Source: Chitinophagales bacterium
Lineage (GTDB): Bacteria; Bacteroidota; Bacteroidia; Chitinophagales; JADIYW01
Assembly: GCA_020636535.1 (NCBI GenBank)
Contig: JACJXT010000011.1
Span: forward strand, 1,202,151-1,266,150
DNA length: 64,000 nt
Direction: 5' to 3'
Positions within the stretch are counted from its first letter, which is position 1. Each line of letters opens with the position of its first letter. Below the pieces are notes generated by a model. The model was not told the origin of the DNA and did no database searches. It saw only the letters and a program-made list of their open reading frames with translations. A program made the translations under genes and the position numbers. This document shows, one piece after another, positions 39,020-47,822 of the stretch.

Positions 39020-39688
39020 ATGGAGAATAAAGTCGAAAAAAATAAGGTTTTAAAAGATACAGCAATACCATCATTATTTAGTATTGTTTTAGACTTAATA
39101 TTTTTTGTACTAATACCGTTTATTGTAGTAGCAAGTATAGTGTTAATTATTAGTGGCTTTTATTTTACAGTAAAAGGCAATAATTATTTTAACGGTAAAA
39201 ATCCAATTTTAGATTTTATATTCTTTTTACACATTATATTTTATTTGTTTATTTTAATTATATATCCAACCGTAAAAATTGCAGGCACTATAGATTACTA
39301 TGGAGAAATTGATGAACAACCAACTACTCAAAAACTATTGTTTATTATTGGATTATTACTGCCTTTTGTAGCTGTTTTATTAATTAATTCCTTAGAAGAA
39401 TTTAACTTTAAAATATTTGTTTTAGAAGTCTTTTTTATAGATGTAATAGGTTTAGTACTTGGAGCAGTAGCATCTTCTGTAATAAGTTATAAATCTTCAA
39501 ATGCTAATGATGAAAGTAATTTTATTTTTTCTTATGGTTTGTTTTTTACAATTCCAACTATGATGATAGTATATATAAAAATAATATCATTAACTACATT
39601 TATGCCAAATATAGGTTTTATTTTATTAGCTATATTAGCCATTACAACTTATAATAATTATAAAATAATGAAAGTAGTATGTTTATGA
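39020..39688 (+). CDS. polytopic membrane protein (about 6 TM), unknown function
   Basis: Starts immediately after the previous stop. Several long hydrophobic segments. Confidence 0.5.
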   Translation: MENKVEKNKVLKDTAIPSLFSIVLDLIFFVLIPFIVVASIVLIISGFYFTVKGNNYFNGKNPILDFIFFLHIIFYLFILIIYPTVKIAGTIDYYGEIDEQPTTQKLLFIIGLLLPFVAVLLINSLEEFNFKIFVLEVFFIDVIGLVLGAVASSVISYKSSNANDESNFIFSYGLFFTIPTMMIVYIKIISLTTFMPNIGFILLAILAITTYNNYKIMKVVCL

Positions 39689-40371
39689 TGAAGATAAATA
39701 TAATAATATTATTTAATATGCTTTTTTCTTTGTCGTGCAAGCAGAAAACTAGTATTCAAGATAAAGTTAAAACTAGTATTGTTGATACAATGCCAAACCA
39801 AACTAAAAAAAATGTATTAAAAGACACCAATGAAATTAAAAAATATTTTAAAATCTATGATGCAAATTTATTTCTTCTGCAAGATGTAAACTTCGATGGT
39901 ATAAAAGATGCAATGACTATAGTTATAGATACTATTCTTAATGAAGATAACATAGTTACCAGTGTCGCCATTTTTGAAGGTAATAAAAACCAAACATTCA
40001 ACCAACCAAAATTCTTTTATTCAGATGATGATAATCAAACCTTTTCAGTTAATAAAAAAGGTGTTATAGCAATAAGCTATCAAGCAATGCGTAACGATGT
40101 AACACTTAAAATAAGATATGATGCTAAGTACAATAACTACATGGTTATTGGAAAAGATATTTTATATTACCAAAGTGGAGATTGCGATTATAATAAGTAT
40201 AGCATGAACTATTTAACAGGAAAAGCTATACATGAAGAAAGTTGTTGGGATGTTACAATTCAAAATCAAAAAGTAAATACAGATACAATAAATTTTAAAC
40301 CAACGCTATATTCATTCGAAGATATTCCAAACTTTGACGACTTTTTATATGAAACACCTTTTTATAATTAA
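39679..40371 (+). CDS. hypothetical lipoprotein
   Basis: Lipobox FSLSC. Overlaps the previous gene by 10 nt. The start could also be 39685 or 39688. Confidence 0.5.
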   Translation: MFMMKINIIILFNMLFSLSCKQKTSIQDKVKTSIVDTMPNQTKKNVLKDTNEIKKYFKIYDANLFLLQDVNFDGIKDAMTIVIDTILNEDNIVTSVAIFEGNKNQTFNQPKFFYSDDDNQTFSVNKKGVIAISYQAMRNDVTLKIRYDAKYNNYMVIGKDILYYQSGDCDYNKYSMNYLTGKAIHEESCWDVTIQNQKVNTDTINFKPTLYSFEDIPNFDDFLYETPFYN

Positions 40372-40401
40372 AAAATTAAATAAATTATGTATATATTCTT
40401 A

Positions 40402-40427
40402 GCAGTGTCTCTCGAAGAGGACGCTGC
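40402..40427. repeat. GTCTCTC-loop hairpin element
   Basis: gcagtgtc-tctcgaagag-gacgctgc (one G:T pair) right after the stop of 39679-40371. Homologous to 27922-27949. Confidence 0.6.
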
Positions 40428-40496
40428 GTTTAATGATAACTATATTACACAAATATCAATTGTTTTCATTTGATGGAACTTTTAAAACAAATAAAA

Positions 40497-41090
40497 ATGA
40501 AAAAAATACTATATATAACACTCATAATCTTAACTTCTTCTTGCACAGTACTCAATACGCTAAGTCAGAAAGAAGAAAAAATATTTTTGAAAGAAGCAGA
40601 ACCAATTAAAATTTCTATAGACGAAGGCGAATTGCCAAACGAATATATGATAAGTTTTGATGATGGCTTAGCAGAAAACTTAAACGAATTTGTCTATACT
40701 GAAGAATTATACAAAGATGATGCTATTGCTATTGCTGCACTTTGGATGTTAGCAGTACGAGAGTATAATGTAGACAATAGTTGGTACTTATCATATTTTG
40801 CTACAATTTTAGATAATGATTTTTTTAACTATAACAAGGGTAGGAAAGGAGAATTAAAAGAAACAACTAAAACAAAACTCAATTCGTATTTAAAAAACAC
40901 TAATTTTTCTAACTATAAACTATCATGTTGGCAAAAACAATACAGTTTAAATTTTTGTTTATGGATGGCAATAGTTGATGGAGTAAACACTGGCGAGTTT
41001 ATTGTAAGAATACGAGACAAAAACTTCAAATACAAAACACTAGTACTCAACAATACAAAAAATGGATATAAAGTAATTGATTTTTTATAA
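40497..41090 (+). CDS. hypothetical lipoprotein
   Basis: MKKILYITLIILTSSC lipobox from the ATG at 40497. The track ORF begins at an upstream TTG. Confidence 0.5.
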   Translation: MKKILYITLIILTSSCTVLNTLSQKEEKIFLKEAEPIKISIDEGELPNEYMISFDDGLAENLNEFVYTEELYKDDAIAIAALWMLAVREYNVDNSWYLSYFATILDNDFFNYNKGRKGELKETTKTKLNSYLKNTNFSNYKLSCWQKQYSLNFCLWMAIVDGVNTGEFIVRIRDKNFKYKTLVLNNTKNGYKVIDFL

Positions 41091-41323
41091 TATATAAATA
41101 ACTACTAATCAATTGTCATTAACTTCTAACTAACTAAATCTTCTAAAAATGATTTGTCCATTTTTACAGTAGCTTTTAGTTGATATAAGATAGCGTACAT
41201 ACCAAAAAATGTTCGATGCAAATAAATAGCATCTCTATTACCACGAATGGCTTTTGGTTTTCTAAACTCTTTGTTCGTACTCAATTGTTCGCCTTCTCGA
41301 TTCAGTTGATTGGTATATTCTTC
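40973..41323. repeat. left copy of the ~350-bp target-site duplication flanking the IS1634-family element
   Basis: Base-for-base identical, as far as I can read, to 43155-43505. It abuts the IS left inverted repeat. Confidence 0.85.
41126..41323 (-). pseudogene. duplicated 3' piece of the ABC1/UbiB-kinase gene fragment (part of the target duplication)
   Basis: Encodes ...EEYTNQLNREGEQLSTNKEFRKPKAIRGNRDAIYLHRTFFGMYAILYQLKATVKMDKSFLEDLVS. Identical to 43308-43505. Confidence 0.8.
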
Positions 41324-43154
41324 TCGAGTTTGACACCTTTTCATAAAATATGACTGAGAACGCCTTATTTTATTGAGTTTTGTTTTTATTTTTTCAAATT
41401 TGTAGTGAGCCGATTTTTTTTTGGTTGCTTTTATAATTAGTTTATCCGCTCTATTTTTGCAGTATGTCATTTTTGCGGATAGAGAAAAAATCATCAGGCA
41501 CGTATTTGCGTATCTTAGAAAGCTATCGAAATGATGAGGGCAAATCAAAGCACAAAATATTACACACACTTGGCAAAGTAGAAGATTATAAACCAGCCCA
41601 ATTGCGAGCCATCGGTATCCAATTATTTGAGTTAGGTGGTGGCGAAGTAAAGGCATTGCTAACTGGCGATTTGTTAGAATTAGGCAGATACAATTATGGC
41701 TATCAATACCTCTACCAAAAAGTATTACAGCATTATGGTTTGCAAGATGTGTTTCGCAGAATAGCCTCAAAAAACAAACTACAATTTAATTTTTCGGATG
41801 CTGTTTTGTTGATGCTTTTAGAGCGATTACAAGATCCGTGTAGTAAACATCAAAATTATCTACATCAGTCGGAATATCTTAATTTGCCTACTGTTTCGCT
41901 ACATCACTTGTATCGAACTTTAGATAAATTAGCCGACAATCAATCGCTCATTCAACAACAAATTTTCCAAACAGGCAGAGATTTATTTAATCAAAAATTG
42001 GATGTTGTATTTTATGATGTAACCACTTTGTATTTTGAAAGTGAAGTAGAACAACAAGGCAAACTTAGGCAAAAAGGATTTAGTAAAGATGGCAAAATAG
42101 GAAACACACAAATCTTGTTTTGTATGCTCATAGATACTGATAAAAATCCGATTGGTTATCAAATTTTTGAAGGCAATACCTACGAAGGACATACTTTTGA
42201 AAAAGCATTAATCGATTTAAAAAAACAATATCAAATAGAAAAAATAATTATGGTAGCAGATAGAGGTATGTTATCGAAACATAACATCGAAATTACCAAA
42301 AACAATGGCTACGAATTTATACTTGGCGAACGCATCAAAAGTTTACCTAAAACATTACAAACCGAGCTTACCGATTTAGCTTCTTTTACCAAACAATGGA
42401 TATACCATGATACAACTGGCGAAGCCATTGTAATTACATATAAAACCGTAGAACACGATGGTAAAACAATCATCGTAACACACAGCCAAAAACGAGCAAA
42501 AAAAGACAAACAAGATAGAGAAGACAAAGAAGCTACAGCTAAAATACTATTAAAAAATACAGCTCTAATTACCAAAAAAGCAAGTAGGTTTTATATACAA
42601 CAAAACCCAAAAGGCAGCTATGAACTGAATGAACAAAAACTAATAAACGATGCAAAGTACGATGGCATTTTGGCTATTAGCACCAACAACAAAACCCTTA
42701 CAGCAACACAAGTATTAGAACAATACAAACAACTTTATAAAATAGAACACACCTTTAGAACCTTTAAAGCACACTTAGAAATAAGACCCATGTTTCATTG
42801 GACAGACAAACGAATTAAAGGACATATTTGTTTATGCTATATCGCTTATACACTATTAAACTACACACTACAAAGAACCAATAAAAGCGGACTAAAACTC
42901 ACAGAGAATACGCTAAGAACTACGCTAAATAAAATGCAAGTAAGCTTGTTACAACACAATAAAGAGCAAATCTATGTACGTTCAAGACCAACAGAAAACG
43001 AAATTGCACTTCAAAGAGCAATAGGTTTAATGCCATTACAACCCATCATTCCAAAAGACAAACTAACACTATAAAATCCAATTTGTAGTGAGCCAATCCA
43101 ATAACACTATTGTTGATAATCAATTAATTAACTCAATATCGTGTCAAACTTGAG
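41324..43154 (+). mobile_element. IS1634-family (IS4-related DDE) insertion sequence, about 1.83 kb
   Basis: Terminal inverted repeats (tc)tcgagtttgacac at the left end and gtgtcaaacttgag(a) at the right end. Subterminal direct copies of aatttgtagtgagcc at 41397-41411 and 43080-43094. Single transposase ORF. Ends are uncertain by +/-2 nt. Confidence 0.8.
41464..43074 (+). CDS. IS1634-family DDE transposase
   Basis: 536 aa. The N-terminus MSFLRIEKKSSGTYLRILESYRNDEGKSKHKILHTLGK is characteristic of IS1634-type transposases. DDE-like segments: FYDVTTLYFES, MVADRGMLS, YKQLYKIEHTFRTFK. Confidence 0.8.
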   Translation: MSFLRIEKKSSGTYLRILESYRNDEGKSKHKILHTLGKVEDYKPAQLRAIGIQLFELGGGEVKALLTGDLLELGRYNYGYQYLYQKVLQHYGLQDVFRRIASKNKLQFNFSDAVLLMLLERLQDPCSKHQNYLHQSEYLNLPTVSLHHLYRTLDKLADNQSLIQQQIFQTGRDLFNQKLDVVFYDVTTLYFESEVEQQGKLRQKGFSKDGKIGNTQILFCMLIDTDKNPIGYQIFEGNTYEGHTFEKALIDLKKQYQIEKIIMVADRGMLSKHNIEITKNNGYEFILGERIKSLPKTLQTELTDLASFTKQWIYHDTTGEAIVITYKTVEHDGKTIIVTHSQKRAKKDKQDREDKEATAKILLKNTALITKKASRFYIQQNPKGSYELNEQKLINDAKYDGILAISTNNKTLTATQVLEQYKQLYKIEHTFRTFKAHLEIRPMFHWTDKRIKGHICLCYIAYTLLNYTLQRTNKSGLKLTENTLRTTLNKMQVSLLQHNKEQIYVRSRPTENEIALQRAIGLMPLQPIIPKDKLTL

Positions 43155-43505
43155 AGTTGATGGAGTAAACACTGGCGAGTTTATTGTAAGAATACGAGAC
43201 AAAAACTTCAAATACAAAACACTAGTACTCAACAATACAAAAAATGGATATAAAGTAATTGATTTTTTATAATATATAAATAACTACTAATCAATTGTCA
43301 TTAACTTCTAACTAACTAAATCTTCTAAAAATGATTTGTCCATTTTTACAGTAGCTTTTAGTTGATATAAGATAGCGTACATACCAAAAAATGTTCGATG
43401 CAAATAAATAGCATCTCTATTACCACGAATGGCTTTTGGTTTTCTAAACTCTTTGTTCGTACTCAATTGTTCGCCTTCTCGATTCAGTTGATTGGTATAT
43501 TCTTC
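43155..43505. repeat. right copy of the ~350-bp target-site duplication
   Basis: Identical to 40973-41323. It includes a second copy of the last 118 nt of lipoprotein gene 40497-41090. Confidence 0.85.
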
Positions 43506-43589
43506 ATCACCAAAATAAAAAGTGTCATGTTTTAGTGGTTCAGTAATAATATTAATTAATTTTTTAGCTGTACTATAAAATAAATACAT
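43308..43589 (-). pseudogene. 3'-terminal fragment of an ABC1/UbiB-family kinase gene (diverged duplicate of the end of 45939-47252)
   Basis: 43312-43594 aligns without gaps to 45943-46225 (283 nt, about 92% identity). The 93 encoded residues differ at only 4 positions from the C-terminus of the full-length gene. No N-terminal kinase part is present. Confidence 0.85.
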
Positions 43590-43615
43590 ATCTTTGAGTT
43601 CTAAGAAAATAATAG

Positions 43616-45019
43616 ATGTTATTTAATAGTTTTTCATTTGTTGGATTAGTATTAATCACAATGCTGATTTATTATATTCCTAAACTATCTAAATATCAAG
43701 TGAATATTCTTATTATATCAAGTTTGATTTTCTATTCATGGAATAATATTGCTCTTGTTACCTTATTGTTGTTTTCTGCAGGTATTAATATATTAAGTAG
43801 TTATTATATATTTTCAGAAAAAACTAAAAATAAAAAATTAGTTGCTTGGATTGGTGTTAGTTCAAATCTTCTTATTTTAGCTTTTTATAAGTATGCTGGA
43901 TTAATATCTTTTACCTTTTTTAAGGATACCGATCTTAGTGATTTTCTTATTACAATTCCTTTGCCCATTGGCATTTCATTTTTTACATTTCAAGGAATTA
44001 GTTTAGTAGTAGATGTCTATAAAGGAATTAACTCTAATGAAGATAAGATTATTTCAGAATCATTATATCAGCATGCAAAGAATACACTTTTTTTTATTTC
44101 ATTCTTTCCACAGTTAGTTGCTGGCCCGATAGTAAAAGCACATGAATTTTATCCTCAAATAAAAGAAAAGAAATTTAGTGCAATAAATTGGGAGAAGAGT
44201 TTTAAGGAAATAGTCTTGGGATATTTTCTTAAAGTCGTAGTAGCTGATAATTTAAAAGACTTTACTTTTTGGATTGAGTATCCTTATTTTCAAAATCAAG
44301 ATAGCTATAGTTTAATAATGATGTTATTTGGATATTCTTGTCAAATTTATGCTGATTTTGCTGGATATTCGTTAATAGCTATAGGAATAGCAAGACTATT
44401 TGGTTATAACTTAAGTGACAACTTTAATTTTCCATATATTTCAACTTCTTTTAAAGAATTTTGGAAAAGGTGGCATATTTCTCTTTCTTCCTTTTTGCAA
44501 GAATATTTATATATTCCTTTAGGTGGAAATAAAAAAGGAAAAGCAAGGACATATATAAATCTAATGATGACAATGATTCTCGGAGGTCTTTGGCATGGTG
44601 CATCTTGGAGTTATGCTGTATGGGGGGCTTTTCATGGATTGGTTCTAGCAATTGAAAGGTTTTTCATGAAAGAAGAACAGATAGAAAGAAGCTTTATAGT
44701 AACTGGTATTAGAATGCTATTTGTATTTTTTATGGTATCACTTGCATGGTTACTATTTAAACTACCTGAATTTAGTCATGTAGTTGACTATATAAAATGT
44801 ATATTTACAAATACATACAAAAGCCCTAATATTCAATTAATTTCTAATATATTTATTTTTTCATTGCCTGTTATTTTGCACCACTTGTTTTATTTGTATA
44901 CTTTTTACTTTAATAGTAGATTAATTAAAAAATATCAATTTGTTTTTTACGGAATGTTATTGTTCCTAATAATAACAAATGCTGGAGTCCCTGGAAGTTT
45001 TATTTATTTTCAATTTTAA
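43616..45019 (+). CDS. MBOAT-family membrane O-acyltransferase (AlgI/DltB-like)
   Basis: Polytopic. Conserved FWKRWHISLSSFLQEYLYIPLGGN and GLWHGASW motifs, including the catalytic His. Confidence 0.85.
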   Translation: MLFNSFSFVGLVLITMLIYYIPKLSKYQVNILIISSLIFYSWNNIALVTLLLFSAGINILSSYYIFSEKTKNKKLVAWIGVSSNLLILAFYKYAGLISFTFFKDTDLSDFLITIPLPIGISFFTFQGISLVVDVYKGINSNEDKIISESLYQHAKNTLFFISFFPQLVAGPIVKAHEFYPQIKEKKFSAINWEKSFKEIVLGYFLKVVVADNLKDFTFWIEYPYFQNQDSYSLIMMLFGYSCQIYADFAGYSLIAIGIARLFGYNLSDNFNFPYISTSFKEFWKRWHISLSSFLQEYLYIPLGGNKKGKARTYINLMMTMILGGLWHGASWSYAVWGAFHGLVLAIERFFMKEEQIERSFIVTGIRMLFVFFMVSLAWLLFKLPEFSHVVDYIKCIFTNTYKSPNIQLISNIFIFSLPVILHHLFYLYTFYFNSRLIKKYQFVFYGMLLFLIITNAGVPGSFIYFQF

Positions 45020-45023
45020 TTGT

Positions 45024-45920
45024 ATGATAAGAAAGACTATAATATTTACAATATTTCTTTTGCTCACTTGGAGTATCTTCCTTAGATATAATTCATTTAG
45101 TATATCTCAACATCAATGGCAAGCCAATATAGTGAATGCAGAAAAGTTTATTTACGATACAGACAGTTTTGATAATGTAATAGTTGGTTCTTCATTAGCT
45201 CAAAGACTTCAGATGGATAGCTTGCCTAACTTTTATAATCTTTCACTTAGCGGTCAATGTATATTTGATGGCTTAAATATTATAAAAAACAAAAACAAAC
45301 TACCAAAAAATATTTACATAGAAATAAATGTCATCAATCGTGAAGAGAATAAAAACTTTAATGAGATAATATCTTCTCCTATACTAAATGTGCTTAAAAA
45401 GAATTTTTTGATTTTTAGAACTGACAAACATCCACTTTCTTATGTAGAAAATAGATTTTTCTATCCAGTCACAAATTTTATTTTAGATATATTACATTAT
45501 GGTTTAAAAAATAGAATTAAATTATTTTTTGATTTAAAAAATAAAGAAAATATAGCTGATAACTCAGTTTTTTATAAAATGTTAAACCTACAAATAAATT
45601 ATTATTCAGAAAAAACTGACACAATGAAGATGGATAAATTATTTAATAAGCTTAAAAATAATATTGAGTTTTTGGAATCCAAGGGTTCAAAAGTTATCTT
45701 TTTTGAAATGCCTGTAAATCCTAAACTAGTACAATTAACCAGAGCATGTTATTTGCGTAATAGAATAGCAAATGATTTTCCTAATAATTTATTTATTAAA
45801 CTTCCAAGTAATATTAAACTTTATAAAACAAGCGATGGTGTACATTTAACACCTAATGAGGCAAAGATATATTCTGATTACTTAAAAGACAAGATAATTT
45901 CTTTATCTCTTGATAATTAA
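45024..45920 (+). CDS. MBOAT partner protein, possibly SGNH/DltD/AlgJ-like
   Basis: N-terminal membrane anchor from the ATG at 45024. VIVGSSLAQ (block I-like) and a C-terminal SDGVHLT (DxxH block V-like). The assignment is weak. Confidence 0.4.
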   Translation: MIRKTIIFTIFLLLTWSIFLRYNSFSISQHQWQANIVNAEKFIYDTDSFDNVIVGSSLAQRLQMDSLPNFYNLSLSGQCIFDGLNIIKNKNKLPKNIYIEINVINREENKNFNEIISSPILNVLKKNFLIFRTDKHPLSYVENRFFYPVTNFILDILHYGLKNRIKLFFDLKNKENIADNSVFYKMLNLQINYYSEKTDTMKMDKLFNKLKNNIEFLESKGSKVIFFEMPVNPKLVQLTRACYLRNRIANDFPNNLFIKLPSNIKLYKTSDGVHLTPNEAKIYSDYLKDKIISLSLDN

Positions 45921-45938
45921 AAAAAAGAATATTTATAT

Positions 45939-47252
45939 TTATCTAACTAAATCTTCTAAAAATGATTTGTCCATTTTTACAGTAGCTTTTAGTTGATATA
46001 AGATAGCGTACATACCAAAAAATGCTCGATGTAAATAAATAGCATCTCTATTACCACGAATAGCTTTTGGTTTTCTAAACTCTTTGTTAGTACTCAATTG
46101 TTCACCTTCTCGATTCAATTGATTGGTATATTCTTCATCACCAAAATAAAAAGTATCGTGCTTTAAAGGTTCAGTAATTATATCAATTAATTTCTTTGCT
46201 GTACTATAAAACAATTGCATATCTTCCTTGCTGTCATCAGCTCTAAGCATGTCTAATTTTATCAACTGTTCTTTAATTTTAGCTTCATCTTGTTGTAGAT
46301 TTTCATCGGCTAAAGAAAAATAAGTTTTATAAAAATCTTCTGAAATACTTTTCATACAACCAAAATCAAGCACAACCAATTTGTAATCATTAGTTACTAA
46401 AAAATTTCCTGGATGTGGATCTGCATGAAATCGCTTTGCATGATGTATTTGTTGAAATACAAAATCTACCAAAGTTTGTCCAATTTTATTTTTAATAGCT
46501 TGACTAACATCAGAATTAATAAAATCTTGCAATGGCATTCCTTCAATCCAATCCATTGTCAATACTCTATCAGAAGATAATTCTTTATAGTAATTCGGAA
46601 TCACTACATTGTCTAATGACTGACAAAGTGCAGCTACTTCCAAACCATTTTGCAACTCTAAATTGTAGTCGCACTCTTCTGTTAATCTTGCTTCAAACTC
46701 TTCTGCGTAATAATCTAAAAACGAAGTAGGCACACCAATTAGTCGAGCAGCCAAAGGTTTTACCATATTAATATCGTTGTGAATAGCATCAGCAACGCCA
46801 GGATATTGAATTTTTACAGCCAACTTTTTACCATCTTTATACGCTTCATGAACTTGACCAATAGAAGCAGCGTGTTTTGCAGTAGCATCAAATTCATCGT
46901 AAATAGCATTGGGTGCTTTGCCAAATTGCTTGATAAAAGTATTGGTAATTAATGGACCAGACAAAGCCATGGCATTGTTCTGTGCTTGTGCAAACTTTTC
47001 GGCATACTCTTTTGGTAACAAGCCAGTGTCCATGCTCATCATCTGAGCTACTTTTAAGGCACTTCCTTTTAGTTGATTGAGCAATTCAAAAATTTCGTCG
47101 GCATTTTTTTTGTCTAAATCTGCTTTATTGGTTTCTGAAACCATAGATTTTGCAGCATATTTTACATAGTTGCTACCAACTTTAACACCAGTTTTTAAAA
47201 ATCTAGATGCTCTTTGCACTTTGGAAGTAGGAATTTTGTTTTGCTCTTTCAT
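45939..47252 (-). CDS. ABC1/UbiB-family atypical kinase (AarF domain)
   Basis: 437 aa. AASIGQVH, KIQYPGV and FHADPHPGNF motifs of ABC1 kinases. Confidence 0.85.
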   Translation of the reverse strand: MKEQNKIPTSKVQRASRFLKTGVKVGSNYVKYAAKSMVSETNKADLDKKNADEIFELLNQLKGSALKVAQMMSMDTGLLPKEYAEKFAQAQNNAMALSGPLITNTFIKQFGKAPNAIYDEFDATAKHAASIGQVHEAYKDGKKLAVKIQYPGVADAIHNDINMVKPLAARLIGVPTSFLDYYAEEFEARLTEECDYNLELQNGLEVAALCQSLDNVVIPNYYKELSSDRVLTMDWIEGMPLQDFINSDVSQAIKNKIGQTLVDFVFQQIHHAKRFHADPHPGNFLVTNDYKLVVLDFGCMKSISEDFYKTYFSLADENLQQDEAKIKEQLIKLDMLRADDSKEDMQLFYSTAKKLIDIITEPLKHDTFYFGDEEYTNQLNREGEQLSTNKEFRKPKAIRGNRDAIYLHRAFFGMYAILYQLKATVKMDKSFLEDLVR

Positions 47253-47254
47253 CT

Positions 47255-47737
47255 TTACTTATTGTTTAACTGAATCAAAAACTTTGCCAAATCAAAACCA
47301 GAGTCAAATGCATTTGGAGCAATAGAATCGTAAGCAAAATGTACTGCTTTTTCAATCATCACATCAGTATCTTCTTGTTGATTTGATGCATCTTTCGACC
47401 AAGTTTGTAGCACTACAATAAAACTCCACCATAACACTTCTATATACGATTTTTCTACGAAAGCTCTTTTTTGCACTTCGCCAGTGTGTAGTGCATCTTC
47501 TAATATTGGATGCATTACATCAACATAAGCCGTTTTTAATTGCTTTACATCATCATCTAAAAATATTAAAAATAAGTTTTTACTAAATATAGGTTTAAAC
47601 TGTTCAGCATATTGATTGATTTGTTGAATAAAAGTAAAATAGAAAGCTAGTGTTTTTTCTCTAGAACTGTATTCAAAAAAAGCAACATCTTCGTGGCAAA
47701 TAGCAATACTTTGTTCTGTTATTGTTTTAAAATTCAT
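47255..47737 (-). CDS. hypothetical protein (operonic with the ABC1 kinase gene)
   Basis: 160-aa helical ORF ending 3 nt before the kinase start. No motif recognised. Confidence 0.4.
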   Translation of the reverse strand: MNFKTITEQSIAICHEDVAFFEYSSREKTLAFYFTFIQQINQYAEQFKPIFSKNLFLIFLDDDVKQLKTAYVDVMHPILEDALHTGEVQKRAFVEKSYIEVLWWSFIVVLQTWSKDASNQQEDTDVMIEKAVHFAYDSIAPNAFDSGFDLAKFLIQLNNK

Positions 47738-47822
47738 AGTGATTCAATTCGTTATCTAAAATTATTATAGAATATGCAATTATAGTTTACCAAAAGGTTT
47801 AATTTTGTTAGAAATAGTTAAG

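Noticed and set aside
41126-41770. 214-aa minus-strand ORF in the track
   Set aside because: It is a chimera. Its C-terminal third is the duplicated UbiB-kinase fragment, and its N-terminal part reads out of the IS1634 left end, antisense to the transposase start. It was created by the insertion and is not a gene.
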